Shown in pieces: positions 27,928 through 42,186 of a DNA stretch of 64,000 nucleotides. A program made the position numbers and the translations under genes. The notes beneath the pieces are model-generated. The model worked only from the letters and a program-made list of their open reading frames with translations, was not told where the DNA came from and did not search any database. The stretch's first letter is position 1; each line of letters opens with the position of its first letter. The DNA is from Eledone cirrhosa (Eukaryota): contig OZ024754.1 of the NCBI GenBank assembly GCA_964016885.1, positions 38,564,001 through 38,628,000 on the forward strand. Direction: 5' to 3'.

Positions 27928-30900
27928 AGTATTTTGAGTAGGGATCTATCTATATGAGTGTGTGTGTATTTTGAGTAGGAAGCCATCTATCTATATATGT
28001 GTATGTGTGTGTATTTTGTGTAGGAATCTATCTGTATGAATGTGTGTGTGTATATTTTGAGTAGGAAGCCATCTATATGTATGTGTGTGTATTTTGAGTA
28101 GGAAGCCATCTATATGTATGTGTGTGTATTTTGAGTAGGAAGCCATCTATCTGTATGTGTGTGTGTTTTGAGTAGGAAGCCATCTATATGTACGTGTGTG
28201 TGTTTTGAGTAGGAAACCATCTATCTGTGTGTGTGTGTGTGTGTTTTGAGTAGGAAACCATCTATCTGTGTGTGTGTGTGTGTGTGTTTTGAGTAGGAAA
28301 CCATCTATCTGTGTGTGTGTGTGTTTTGAGTAGGAAACCATCTATCTCTGTGTGTGTTTTGAGTAGGAAACCATCTATCTGTGTGTGTGTGTGTTTTGAG
28401 TAGGAAACCATCTATCTGTGTGTGTGTGTGTGTTTTGAGTAGGAAACCATCTATCTCTGTGTGTGTGTGTTTTGAGTAGGAAGCCATCTATCTGTGTGTG
28501 TGTGTGTGTTTTGAGTAGGAAGCCATCTATCTGTGTGTATTTTGAGTAAGAAACCATCTATCTGTGTGTGTGTATGTTTTGAGTAGGAAGCCATCTATCT
28601 GTGTGTGTGTGTGTTTTGAGTAGGAAACCATCTATCTGTGTGTGTGTGTGTTTTGAGTAGGAAACCATCTATCTGTGTGTGTGTGTGTGTGTTTTGAGTA
28701 GGAAACCATCTATCTGTGTGTGTGTGTGTTTTGAGTAGGAAACCATCTATCTCTGTGTGTGTTTTGAGTAGGAAGCCATCTATCTGTGTGTGTGTGTGTG
28801 TTTTGAGTAGGAAACCATCTATCTGTGTGTGTGTGTTTTGAGTAGGAAACCATCTATCTGTGTGTGTGTGTGTTTTGAGTAGGAAGCCATCTATCTGTGT
28901 GTGTGTGTGTGCTTTGAGTAGGAAGCCATCTATCTGTGTGTGTTTTGAGTAGGAAGCCATCTATCTGTGTGTGTGTGTGTTTTGAGTAGGAAACCATCTA
29001 TCTGTGTGTGTGTGTTTTGAGTAGGAAACCATCTATCTGTGTGTGTGTGTGTTTTGAGTAGGAAGCCATCTATCTGTGTGTGTTTTGAGTAGGAAGCCAT
29101 CTATCTGTGTGTGTGTGTGTTTTGAGTAGGAAACCATCTATCTGTGTGTGTGTGTGTTTTGAGTAGGAAACCATCTATCTGTGTGTGTGTGTGTTTTGAG
29201 TAGGAAACCATCTATCTGTGTGTGTGTGTGTGTGTTTTGAGTAGGAAACCATCTATCTGTGTGTGTGTGTGTGTGTTTTGAGTAGGAAACCATCTATCTG
29301 TGTGTGTGTGTGTGTGTGTGTTTTGAGTAGGAAACCATCTATCTGTGTGTGTGTGTGTGTGTTTTGAGTAGGAAACCATCTATCTGTGTGTGTGTGTGTG
29401 TGTGTTTTGAGTAGGAAACCATCTATCTGTGTGTGTGTGTGTGTGTTTTGAGTAGGAAACCATCTATCTGTGTGTGTGTGTGTGTTTTGAGTAGGAAACC
29501 ATCTATCTGTGTGTGTGTGTGTTTTGAGTAGGAAACCATCTATCTGTGTGTGTGTGTGTGTGTTTTGAGTAGGAAGCCATCTATCTGTGTGTGTTTTGAG
29601 TAGGAAACCATCTATCTGTGTGTTTTGAGTAGGAAGCCATCTATCTGTGTGTTTTGAGTAGGAAGCCATCTATCTGTGTGTGTGTGTGTGTTTTGAGTAG
29701 GAAACCATCTATCTGTGTGTGTTTTGAGTAGGAAACCATCTATCTGTGTGTGTTTTGAGTAGGAAGCCATCTATCTGTGTGTGTGTGTGTTTTGAGTAGG
29801 AAACCATCTATCTGTGTGTGTTTTGAGTAGGAAACCATCTATCTGTGTGTGTTTTGAGTAGGAAGCCATCTATCTGTGTGTGTGTGTGTTTTGAGTAGGA
29901 AACCATCTATCTGTGTGTGTTTTGAGTAGGAAACCATCTATCTGTGTGTGTTTTGAGTAGGAAGCCATCTATATGTGTGTGTTTTGAGTAGGAAACCATC
30001 TATCTGTGTGTTTTGAGTAGGAAGCCATCTATCTGTGTGTTTTGAGTAGGAAGCCATCTATCTGTGTGTGTTTTGAGTAGGAAACCATCTATCTGTGTGT
30101 GTTTTGAGTAGGAAGCCATCTATCTGTGTGTGTTTTGAGTAGGAAACCATCTATCTGTGTGTGTTTTGAGTAGGAAGCCATCTATCTGTGTGTGTGTGTG
30201 TTTTGAGTAGGAAACCATCTATCTGTGTGTGTTTTGAGTAGGAAACCATCTATCTGTGTGTGTTTTGAGTAGGAAGCCATCTATCTGTGTGTGTTTTGAG
30301 TAGGAAACCATCTATCTGTGTGTGTTTTGAGTAGGAAGCCATCTATCTGTGTGTGTTTTGAGTAGGAAACCATCTATCTGTGTGTGTTTTGAGTAGGAAG
30401 CCATCTATCTGTGTGTGTTTTGAGTAGGAAACCATCTATCTGTGTGTGTTTTGAGTAGGAAGCCATCTATCTGTGTGTGTGTGTGTTTTGAGTAGGAAGC
30501 CATCTATCTGTGTGTGTGTTTTGAGTAGGAAGCCATCTATCTGTGTGTGTTTTGAGTAGGAAGCCATCTATCTATATATGTGTATGTGTGTGTATTTTGT
30601 GTAGGAATCTATCTGTATGAATGTGTGTGTGTATATTTTGAGTAGGAAGCCATCTATATGTATGTGTGTGTATTTTGAGTAGGAAGCCATCTATATGTAT
30701 GTGTGTGTATTTTGAGTAGGAAGCCATCTATCTGTATGTGTGTGTGTTTTGAGTAGGAAGCCATCTATATGTACGTGTGTGTGTTTTGAGTAGGAAACCA
30801 TCTATCTGTGTGTGTGTGTTTTGAGTAGGAAACCATCTATCTGTGTGTGTGTGTGTGTGTGTTTTGAGTAGGAAACCATCTATCTGTGTGTGTGTGTGTG

Positions 30901-33900
30901 TTTTGAGTAGGAAACCATCTATCTCTGTGTGTGTTTTGAGTAGGAAACCATCTATCTGTGTGTGTGTGTGTTTTGAGTAGGAAGCCATCTATCTGTGTGT
31001 GTGTGTGTGCTTTGAGTAGGACGCCATCTATCTGTGTGTGTTTTGAGTAGGAAGCCATCTATCTGTGTGTATTTTGAGTAAGAAACCATCTATCTGTGTG
31101 TGTGTATGTTTTGAGTAGGAAGCCATCTATCTGTGTGTGTGTGTGTGTGTTTTGAGTAGGAAACCATCTATCTGTGTGTGTGTGTGTTTTGAGTAGGAAA
31201 CCATCTATCTGTGTGTGTGTGTGTGTGTTTTGAGTAGGAAACCATCTATCTGTGTGTGTGTGTGTTTTGAGTAGGAAGCCATCTATCTGTGTGTGTGTGT
31301 GTGCTTTGAGTAGGAAGCCATCTATCTGTGTGTGTTTTGAGTAGGAAGCCATCTATCTGTGTGTGTGTGTGTTTTGAGTAGGAAACCATCTATCTGTGTG
31401 TGTGTGTTTTGAGTAGGAAACCATCTATCTGTGTGTGTGTGTTTTGAGTAGGAAGCCATCTATATGTACGTGTGTGTGTTTTGAGTAGGAAACCATCTAT
31501 CTGTGTGTGTGTGTGTGTGTTTTGAGTAGGAAACCATCTATCTGTGTGTGTTTTGAGTAGGAAGCCATCTATCTGTGTGTGTGTGTGTTTTGAGTAGGAA
31601 ACCATCTATTTGTGTGTGTGTGTGCTTTGAGTAGGAAGCCATCTATCTGTGTGTGTGTGTGTTTTGAGTAGGAAACCATCTATCTGTGTGTGTGTGTGTG
31701 TGTTTTGAGTAGGAAGCCATCTATCTGTGTGTGTGTGTGTTTTGAGTAGGAAACCATCTATCTGTGTGTGTGTGTGTGTGTTTTGAGTAGGAAGCCATCT
31801 ATCTGTGTGTGTGTGTGTTTTGAGTAGGAAGCCATCTATCTGTGTGTGTGTGTGTTTTGAGTAGGAAACCATCTATCTGTGTGTGTTTTGAGTAGGAAGC
31901 CATCTATATGTATGTGTGTGTATTTTGAGTAGGAAGCCATCTATCTGTGTGTGTGTGTGTTTTGAGTAGGAAACCATCTATCTGTGTGTGTGTGTGTGTG
32001 TGTTTTGAGTAGGAAACCATCTATCTGTGTGTGTGTGTGTGGGTGTTTTGAGTAGGAAACCATCTATTTGTGTGTGTGTGTTTTGAGTAGGAAACCATCT
32101 ATCTGTGTGTGTGTGTGTTTTGAGTAGGAAACCATCTATCTGTGTGTGTGTGTGTTTTGAGTAGGAAACCATCTATCTGTGTGTGTGTGTGTTTTGAGTA
32201 GGAAACCATCTATCTGTGTGTGTGTGTGTTTTGAGTAGGAAGCCATCTATCTGTGTGTGTGTGTGTTTTGAGTAGGAAACCATCTATCTGTGTGTGTGTG
32301 TGTTTTGAGTAGGAAACCATCTATCTGTGTGTGTGTGTGTTTTGAGTAGGAAGCCATCTATCTGTGTGTGTGTGTGTTTTGAGTATGAAACCATCTATCT
32401 GTGTGTGTGTGTGTTTTGAGTAGGAAACCATCTATCTGTGTGTGTGTGTGTTTTGAGTAGGAAGCCATCTATCTGTGTGTGTGTGTGTTTTGAGTAGGAA
32501 ACCATCTATCTGTGTGTGTGTGTGTTTTGAGTAGGAAACCATCTATCTGTGTGTGTGTGTGTTTTGAGTAGGAAACCATCTATCTGTGTGTGTGTGTGTG
32601 TGTGTTTTGAGTAGGAAACCATCTATCTGTGTGTGTGTGTGGGTGTTTTGAGTAGGAAACCATCTATCTGTGTGTGTGTGTGTGTGTTTTGAGTAGGAAA
32701 CCATCTATCTGTGTGTGTGTGTGTGTGTGTTTTGAGTAGGAAACCATCTATCTGTGTGTGTGTGTGTGTGTTTTGAGTAGGAAACCATCTATCTGTGTGT
32801 GTTTTGAGTAGGAAACCATCTATCTGTGTGTGTGTGTGTTTTGAGTAGGAAACCATCTATCTGTGTGTGTGTGTGTGTGTGTTTTGAGTAGGAAGCCATC
32901 TATCTGTGTGTGTGTGTGTTTTGAGTAGGAAACCATCTATCTGTGTGTGTGTGTGTGTGTGTTTTGAGTAGGAAACCATCTATCTGTGTGGGTGTGTGTG
33001 TGTTTTGAGTAGGAAACCATCTATCTGTGTGTGTGTGTGTGTGTTTTGAGTAGGAAACCATCTATCTGTGTGTGTGTGTGTGTGTTTTGAGTAGGAAACC
33101 ATCTATCTGTGTGTGTGTGTGTGTGTTTTGAGTAGGAAACCATCTATCTGTGTGTGTGTGTGTGTGTTTTGAGTAGGAAACCATCTATCTGTGTGTGTGT
33201 GTGTGTGTTTTGAGTAGGAAGCCATCTATCTGTGTGTTTTTTGAGTAGGAAGCCATCTATCTGTGTGTGTGTGTGTTTTGAGTAGGAAACCATCTATCTG
33301 TGTGTGTGTGTGTGTGTTTTGAGTAGGAAACCATCTATCTGTGTGTGTGTGTTTTGAGTAGGAAACCATCTATCTGTGTGTGTTTTGAGTAGGAAACCAT
33401 CTATCTGTGTGTGTGTGTGTTTTGAGTAGGAAACCATCTATCTGTGTGTGTGTGTGTGTGTTTTGAGTAGGAAGCCATCTATCTGTGTGTGTGTGTGTTT
33501 TGAGTAGGAAACCATCTATCTGTGTGTGTGTGTTTTGAGTAGGAAACCATCTATCTGTGTGTGTGTGTGTGTGTTTTGAGTAGGAAGCCATCTATCTGTG
33601 TGTGTGTGTGTTTTGAGTAGGAAACCATCTATCTGTGTGTGTGTGTGTTTTGAGTAGGAAACCATCTATCTGTGTGTGTGTGTGTTTTGAGTAGGAAACC
33701 ATCTATCTGTATGTGTGTGTGTTTTGAATAGGAAGCCATCTATCTGTGTGTGTGTGTGTTTTGAATAGGAAGCCATCTATCTGTGTGTGTGTGTGTTTTG
33801 AGTAGGAAACCATCTATCTGTGTGTGTTTTGAGTAGGAAACCATCTATCTGTGTGTGTGTGTGTTTTGAGTAGGAAACCATCTGTGTGTGTTTTGAGTAG

Positions 33901-33945
33901 GAAACCATCTATCTGTATGAGTGTGTGTGTGTGTGTGTGTTTTGC
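27928..33945. repeat. ~6-kb compound satellite: constant 23-bp motif plus variable (TG)n
   Basis: TTTTGAGTAGGAA(A/G)CCATCTATC followed by a (TG)n run of variable length, repeated throughout. Confidence 0.95.
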
Positions 33946-34142
33946 TCTTTCTTTGAAGATGTTGATAATAATAGAAATTGGTTGAGCTGGACATGTTTGC
34001 CAAGTGATCTGATCTAAGTTTTTGTGTTGGAACTATAACAACTGTATTGTGGTATAGAATCAATGGAGCCATTAAAAAACACACTATTATTGTATTTTAA
34101 AGTATTTTAATTTATTGTTTTTATCATTATTTTGTGGCAGTA

Positions 34143-34475
34143 GATTGGCAGTATCGGTAGAGGGTCGGACGCCATGCTTTGACGCATTGAGTTACGGCCC
34201 TTGGCATTCTGAGTTCAAATCCCGCCGAGGTTAACTTTGCCTTTCATCCTTACGGGGTTGATAAAATATAGTACCAGTAATACACTGGGATAATTGCTGG
34301 CCTTGTGCCTAACGTAGAAACAATTATTTTGTGGCTGTATTTATTTTAGATCCTGCTGAAATCAATTTTGCCTTTCCTCTTTCCGGGGTCGATAAAATAA
34401 AGTACCAGCAATGTACTAGGGTTAATTGACTTACTCTTCCTCTAAATTGCTGGCCTTGTGCCTAAAGTAGATATC
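34143..34475 (+). mobile_element. SINE-A copy plus an older partial relative
   Basis: Full copy at 34143-34326; diverged 3' part at 34355-34475. Confidence 0.8.
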
Positions 34476-34574
34476 AGTTCTGTATGAGCAAGACATGGTC
34501 ACCAGATCTGGCATTGTCCACAACAGGACGGACAACCCGTCTAACCCATGCTAGCGTGGAAGAATAGACGTAAA

Positions 34575-34607
<33 letters not shown>

Positions 34608-35299
34608 GTTATTGTTATGGTAGTAATAATCTATATTATTAGGTATGTGCTCTTTTAGTAAAACCTCTTTGATAATGTCACCAATAGTTGACTTCATTGC
34701 AATGTGTGTGGGGGGGGGGTTGTGTGAGTGTGTGTGTGAATGTTTGTGAGAGTGTATGCGTGTGTGTGTGAGTGAGTGAGAGTGAGTGAGTGTGTGTGTG
34801 TGAGTATGTGTGAGTGTGTGTGTGTGAGTGAGTGAGTATGTGTGTGTGTGAGAGTATGTGAGTGTGTGTGAGTGTGTGTGTATGTGTGTGTGTGTAAACA
34901 TCACATGACAAGTATTTTTTAAACTTTATTTTAGAGTGATAAACGATGGTTTTATTATATCAGAGCAAGTAAGGATGGTAGATTGACAAGTATAACGTCA
35001 CGTGTGGATGACTGGTGTAGTGGGATTTGCTGGGATAGGGCGGGGGAGAGATGATGGATAGTGCCAATGAGAACAGTTATGACAAGTTTGGTGAGATTTA
35101 ACAGAGTTTGGTCAGAAGTACTCTGGGAAAATGTGAGTAGCTATCGTGATGGTGAGGGCAGTTGCTAAAGAGCAATGATGTGGATGAGTATGACCAGGCT
35201 GGGACAGGCCATGTCATATCCACACTGAGGTAAATAGTTAAGTGGTGGTGGGGATGCTAGAACAGGAATGGAGCAGAGGTTGCCATCATATTTTTATAG

Positions 35300-35970
35300 A
35301 CAAGTCTTCTCTAGTACTGCATGTTACTAGTCATCTTAGTCCTTTGTCATCTCTGTTGTGAGAATCACCTTCCTAAGATCAGTCCTTCCATGTCTTCTTA
35401 TGTCTTCCTTTTCCTCAGGTCCCATCCTCTAAGATTTATCTTCACTTATTTATACAGCTGTTATTTTCCATACACATCACATGTTTATACCAGCACAATC
35501 TTCTCTCATGCACACTACACCATATTGCTCTTATGCCAAGATTGTCTCTCAGCTTGCTTATGTTACATAGTTCATTCACACTAACCTTACACATCCACCA
35601 GGGCATATTCGCTTTATTTTTTTACAAATGTTTACAGATCTACAGTCATAGCCCAAGTCAGACTGCCATGTAACCTTGCAGTTTGCATGCCAGCATCATA
35701 CAGCAGTATACCCTTCATTTTAGCTTTTTGTTCTCAGCAGAGAGATTAGTTCCCTGAACTTCTTCCAGCCTGCTCTTACTCTGGTTACTACACTCTTTGA
35801 GTATTATATCTACCTTTACTTAGATAGCAAAGCTGTCATCAACTTCTAGGGAGCCTCTCAGGCAATAGAAGGTATCTATTTTACATATGCCCTTAGTGCT
35901 TATATTTCCTAGCCTTTGCTGCATACTAAGTCTACCTTCTCTGTTAACCTGCCTGTAATCCCACGACAAC
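35300..35970 (-). mobile_element. Degraded RTE-clade LINE remnant
   Basis: Minus strand is homologous to 8750-9487 (for example RVRAGWKKFREL); heavily mutated. Confidence 0.7.
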
Positions 35971-36482
35971 TATCGTCCATCTATAGATTGCACTCTGGCA
36001 GTCTCTGCAAATCTCTTTGGATTGGAGGTCAGCCCTCAACCCACACCACAGGAAGATTACCACCCTCCCTGAATCAGCATCATTGAAAAAGTGGTGAAGA
36101 CAGTTCACCAGTTCAGCTACCTGGGGTGTTGATGAAATAGAGCTGGGGACAGTTTCTACCTGGGGTGTACCATTATGTCTGATGCCAAGATCGTTAAAGT
36201 GGTTGTATGCTGTGGCTAGAAGAATCTAATATTTAGGGATTGACCCTCCACCTATATAATTCTTTACTAATGTAAACCACTGGCATTTTACTTTGTCTCT
36301 TGTTTCTACACAGTGTGTGTGCATCTGTGTGTATATATGTTATGTTATTTTTCACTGCCCTTATAACTGCTTTCACTGCATGCTATAGGATATGAAAATC
36401 ATCATCATTTGTTGATTCTGGGCAGATAAGTACACCAGGGTATCCATAACTTCAGTAGTTGTAAAGTTCTGAGCAGCATTTG

Positions 36483-36811
36483 ATCTTCAAGATATCTTCA
36501 CTATCTGTGAGGGGTTTCCCCTGTCTGGTTCATATCTTCATGATATCTTCACTATCTGTAAGGGGTTTCCCCTGTCTGGTTCATATCTTCATGATATCTT
36601 CACTATCTGTGAGGGGTTTCCCCTGTCTGGTTCATATCTTCATGATATCTTCACTATCTGTAAGGGGTTTCCCCTGTCTGGTTCATATCTTCAAGATATC
36701 TTCACTATCTGTGAGGGGTTTCCCCTGTCTGGTTCATATCTTCATGATATCTTCACTATCTGTGAGGGGTTTCCCCTGTCTGGTCCACATTTTCATGATA
36801 TCTTCACTATC
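36483..36811. repeat. 51-bp tandem minisatellite (~6.5 copies)
   Basis: Unit GATATCTTCACTATCTGTRAGGGGTTTCCCCTGTCTGGTTCATATCTTCAW. Confidence 0.95.
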
Positions 36812-37189
36812 TAAACCTAAACCCTTTTATACACGTTCTTTAAATCTATAACTTTTCGATGTCTCATGCAAGGGAAATAACTCTAACACACATTTGCGCA
36901 CTCGATATACGGGAATTAATTCTAGGAAACAAATGCGTATGTGTATTTGCTACAGTTACTTCCCTTCCTGTAAAGTTGATTAAATCAAGCCCAATTCTTG
37001 ATTGGTGTTTTCTTTTATTGATGATGGAAGAATGAAAGACAAAATTGACCATGGCAGGATTTGAACCCAGAACATAAAGGTCCAGAACTAAATGCTACAA
37101 AGTATTTCGTCCAATGCTCTAACAATTTCACCAATCCACCGCCTTTACCACTAATAATAACAACAGTGATTTCTACTATAGGCACAATC

Positions 37190-37393
37190 TATCGACTTTC
37201 ATCAAATCAGACCGAGGAAACAATATTTCCAGTCGCCTTTCCAAATGCTAATACTATCTATCAGTTGCAAATCCAGCTAGAAGGAGCAACGTGAAATAAA
37301 GGGACTTGCTCAAGGACATAATGCCCGGTCTGGGAATCGAATTCACAACCTTACGATTGTGAATCCAATTCTTTAACTACTCAGCCACGCGTA

Positions 37394-37397
<4 letters not shown>
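37190..37397 (-). mobile_element. SINE family C copy
   Basis: Reverse complement of family C. Confidence 0.8.
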
Positions 37398-37429
<32 letters not shown>

Positions 37430-37454
37430 TGTAATAAACAACATAAGATAATTA

Positions 37455-37515
37455 TTTCAGTTACCAGTGGTTTCTTGAAAGCAAACAAAATTTGCTTTCA
37501 GTCATCAGAATGAAA
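37455..37515 (-). ncRNA. Type I hammerhead motif in a ~120-bp (TA)n-flanked insert
   Basis: Minus strand: TTTCATT-CTGATGA-C-TGAAAGCAAA-TTTTG-TTTGCTTTCA-A-GAA-ACCA-C-TGGT-A-ACTGAAA. 10-bp stem II, quasi-palindromic stem III, GUA site, stem I 6/7. Confidence 0.7.
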
Positions 37516-37542
37516 AATTCCTGGTGTATTTATTGACAGTGG

Positions 37543-37596
<54 letters not shown>

Positions 37597-37707
37597 TAAA
37601 ATATGAATATTCTAAGATAGGGAGTTTTGTATCATAAGACCAAGGCAATTTCGGGTGGTTAGTTATCAAAGAAGTTAACCTTACGTTAAAAATAATTCTC
37701 ATTTTCT

Positions 37708-38100
37708 ACTTATTGTTAGCCTTTTGGCTCTCTGTGGAGCATAAGGCCCTCCATAACTGAAACCGTTCCGAGTTTCGTACTGTCATTTCTAGCAACCTCC
37801 AGTTCTTTCCATCTGGCGCGTCCTGGAACTTCCTACTCCTCCTCCTTCTTCTTTCTTCTCCTCCTCCTCCTCGTGGGATGGTCATAGGGGCAGAGTCCTC
37901 AAACACTCCTTCCACTGGGTCCTGTCAGAGCACAACGATCTCCAACTGATCCGGCAGGATCCTCAAGCAACACTAGGCAAGCCCATGGATGTTATCCAGC
38001 CATCTTGCTCAGGGTCTCCTTCCGGCTGGTTTTGCCCGTAAAGTCCGTCCAGCAGTTCTTTCCTGAGACATTCTAACCACATGCCCATAATTTCTTATTT
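37708..38100 (-). mobile_element. RTE-clade LINE 3'-end remnant
   Basis: Minus-strand translation ...GKNWRLLEMTVRNSERFQLWRALCSTES resembles an RTE ORF2 terminus. Confidence 0.5.
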
Positions 38101-38244
38101 AGTTATTTTTTAGCCCTGTTGGTTTCACCTTAATCAAGGCTTCTTGTGAATCATTAGACAGCATAAGGGGCAGAATGTAGCCTAAAAAAAGACTGGGATG
38201 GCTGACCCAGGGCTAAATAAAAGCACCACTAATAATGGTTTCTT

Positions 38245-38412
38245 ATATAGGCACAAGGCCAGCAATTTTGGGGGGAGGGGAAAGTCGATTAAATCGACCC
38301 AGTAAGGATGAAAGGCAAAGTTAACCTCGGCGGGATTTGAACTCGGACCATAAAGGGCCGTAACTCTATGCTGCAAAGCATGGCGTCCGACCTTTCAAAT
38401 GATACTGCCAAT
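38245..38412 (-). mobile_element. SINE family A-related copy (internally deleted)
   Basis: Reverse complement of the family A head and centre. Confidence 0.75.
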
Positions 38413-38728
38413 CCCCTGCCCTTTAAAACCACCACTTATAATAACAACAACACTACTATTAGCCAGTGGTGGGGGCGGGGCTCTCTGTGTTTGTCTTGTT
38501 AATCTTTTCTTTTGTTGTTGTTGTTGTTGTTCTCCTCCTTCTCCTCTTCCTCACCTGTTACTGTCCTCATCGTCGTCACGGTAATTACATCTCCCAGCTA
38601 TATTTCAAGGAATGGGGAGGAGGTGGTGGGGAATGTTGTTTTCATGCAACTTTATTTGTATACACAGGCACATACACATTAGCTATATAACTCTGTGTGT
38701 TGTATGTATATATATAGTTATATATATA

Positions 38729-38790
<62 letters not shown>

Positions 38791-38794
<4 letters not shown>

Positions 38795-38981
38795 AACGAG
38801 TAGGACCCCGACGGCTGAGCTCAAGCCGTTTCGACGGGGCTAATTCCGGACTGGATTAGCCATCGAAACGGCTTGAGCTCAGCCTTCGGGGTCCTACTCG
38901 TTCCTATTACCCACTCTACTACCCTAAGTATTGAGTACTTTGGTGCATTATGGTCCACCTAGTTCCTTACCACATTTCCTT

Positions 38982-38985
<4 letters not shown>
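38791..38985 (+). mobile_element. Fold-back Penelope-like fragment carrying the 3' half of a hammerhead
   Basis: 38791-38906 is a hairpin whose left arm reads GAAACGGCT-TGAGCTC-AGCCGT-C-GGGGTCC on the minus strand (stem III plus GUC); (TA)n on both sides. Confidence 0.65.
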
Positions 38986-39023
<38 letters not shown>

Positions 39024-39179
39024 TCACTGGACCGAGACCTTTGGCGGTACTCAGTAACAGAGAAGACCCGCCTTACCTAAATATATAGTAAAACCTACTC
39101 CAGCCAGTAGGCATCTCTAACAAAATACACCCCGTCCCACCACCCCCACCCCCACCCGATCCACACCACCCCGTTCTAT

Positions 39180-39478
39180 GTAAAGTTATGTTGGTGCCGC
39201 GCCGTCGAGGCCGAAACAAATGAGATCGTGTAGGTGTCACGACAAAAAAACACACAGTCCACGCTGTAATGTGGCCGTGTAGGCAACACGGTAAAAACCT
39301 CCCAGCCCCACACTGTAAATGTGGTTGGTGTTAGGAAGGGCATCCAACTGTAGAAAACCTGCCAGACAGTCCTATGCGAGCAAGACAATCACTCTTGCCT
39401 CAAGTGGGACTACTCCCGTCCAAACCCATGCAAGCGTGGAACACGGACGTTAAACGTTGATGATGATGATGATGATGA
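39180..39478 (+). mobile_element. SINE-like element sharing the family B tail block, ending in (GAT)n
   Basis: CACTGTAAATGTGGTTGGTGTTAGGAAGGGCATCC ... AACCCATGCAAGCGTGGAAACACGGACGTTAAAC(GAT)n; related pieces at ~47438, 47745, 49520 and 62355. Confidence 0.7.
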
Positions 39479-39902
39479 TATATATATATATATATATACA
39501 TATATATACATATATATACACACACACACTTTAGTTATAATTATAACTACAGCTTTTAGCAAATTCCTGCCGAGAAACTTTCTCCAACATACATACATAA
39601 ATACATACACATACACTCACATACATACATACATACATACACATTCATGCATACATACATACACTCACATACATACACATACATACATGCATACACATTT
39701 TTAGGTACATACATAAATAGTTGCACACATACATAGACACACGCATGTGTGCATCCATAAATAGATGCACACATACATACGCACGTACACACACACATAC
39801 ATACACATATACACACACACATTTATATACAAAGGCTCACACACACACCTGTAAAACATACATAGGCTCACACACACACACACATACATACATACATAGG
39901 CT

Positions 39903-39951
<49 letters not shown>

Positions 39952-40098
39952 GCGCGCACACAAGTACATACATAAGCTCTCTCACACACACACACATACA
40001 GACACACAAGTACATATATAGGCTCTCTCTCTCTCACACATACACACACACGTACAGATACGCACACACATACACACACACACAAGTACATACATAGG

Positions 40099-40137
<39 letters not shown>

Positions 40138-40317
40138 ACACACACATACATATACACACGATTATTTCTCTAAAATAGCTGCACTTCTAATTTCAGTGTG
40201 TTCTGTTATCTAAACACATGTTTTATACATATTGTTGCTGTTGTGTTTTCTTCTTTATTTCACTTTGACATAGATATATACTCACTCTGCAAACATAGAA
40301 ACTCCCCTCTCCTTACC

Positions 40318-40660
40318 CACCACACAGCCCTTCCCACCACAAAGCACCACCCACACACAGCACCACCCACCACACGGCTCCCCCCACCACACAGCCCTTC
40401 CCACCACACGGCACCCCCTACCACACAGCCCTTCCCACCACACAGCACCTCCCACCACACAGCCCTTCCCACCACACAGCCCTTCCCACCACACAGCACC
40501 CCCCCTACCACACAGCCCTTCCCACCACACAGCCCTTCCCACCACACAGCACCTCCCACCACACAGCACCTCCCACCACACGGCACCCCCTACCACACAG
40601 CCCTTCCCACCACACGGCACCCCACTACCACACAGCCCTTCCCACCACACTGCACCCCCC
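40318..40660. repeat. ~17-bp C-rich minisatellite
   Basis: CCACCACACAGCCCTTC and variants. Confidence 0.9.
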
Positions 40661-40971
40661 ACCCACGCACATACTCTCGTAAATAGAAATAGATGGACTC
40701 CTACTATTACCAAATCACCTCGTTAGTCAACACTAGTTAGCTTCAGTTTACCTGTGTAGTCAGTCAGTTAGTTAGTTGTTTACCAATGACATATATCTAG
40801 GACTGTTTAGCTTCCAACCACTGGAATTAAACCACCTTGTCTTCAAACACATCACGTATGCACACAAACACACAAACACACTCACCTAATCACACACACT
40901 CACTCAGTCACACACACACTCACTCAGTCACACACACACACACTGTCACATGCACACACACTCAGTCACAT

Positions 40972-41007
<36 letters not shown>

Positions 41008-41147
41008 AGTCACATGCACACAAACATATACACACACACACACTCAGTCATATGCACACAAGCACACACAGTCACACATGCAGTCCCATACACACTCCCA
41101 CACACATGTACTCAAACACACATTCGGTCATACACACACACACACAC

Positions 41148-41204
<57 letters not shown>

Positions 41205-41572
41205 GACCTGGATTAATCTTTGAGCAAAATAAACGCTACCTTATGTACTCAACGAAAGAGGGCCCCACAGGATTTTTCTCCAGTTTTGTATCTGGGAGTT
41301 TTTGGGGGGTTTTTTCAGTACACGGTGCCACCATGTACTGTATATGGTGGTAACATCATCAGCCTGTGACTCCTCTGTGGGCAGTCAGAACTCTCTTGAC
41401 AATCCCTTTTACACACTGTTCGGTCCTGCATTGCTCTCCCTAGATCCCTTATGTCCAACCCTGACTCCCAAGCTATGGTGTCTGGGAAAGTCAGTTTTCG
41501 TGAGTAGGCACATCCAGAGGGATGCCACACTGTTTAAAGGAATCTTTAAAGGTCTTAATCTGGTCCTACACA

Positions 41573-41622
<50 letters not shown>

Positions 41623-42002
41623 AACACATAAACACACACACACACATAAACACACATACACACACACACAGCCACAGTCTCTCTCTCTCTCTCTCACCCA
41701 CATACACATAGTCTTACTGATACACAGACACACATACAATCACACACACACACACACAGCCACAGTCTCTCTCTCTCCCTCTCTCTCTCTCACCCACATA
41801 CACATAGTCTTACTGATACACACACACATACAATCACACACACACACAGCCACAGTCTCTCACCCACATACACATACAGTCTTACTGATACACACACACA
41901 CATACAATCACACACACACAACACTACTACTGTTCTGTCAGATATCTGCCCCATTATAAACTATATATATATATATATATATACACAAGGTCTGTCTGAA
42001 AA

Positions 42003-42049
<47 letters not shown>

Positions 42050-42155
42050 TTTTGTTTTTGCTTTTTACACGCAGAAATGCCTATTTGTACTGTCCTGTGC
42101 TTAATGTCTACTTTATGTCAACCCTTGTGGTTAATAAAGAAAGTATTATTATTAA

Positions 42156-42186
<31 letters not shown>

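Noticed and set aside
27928-33945. CRISPR-like constant repeat with variable spacers
   Set aside because: Spacers are only (TG)n, there are no cas genes, and the context is eukaryotic.
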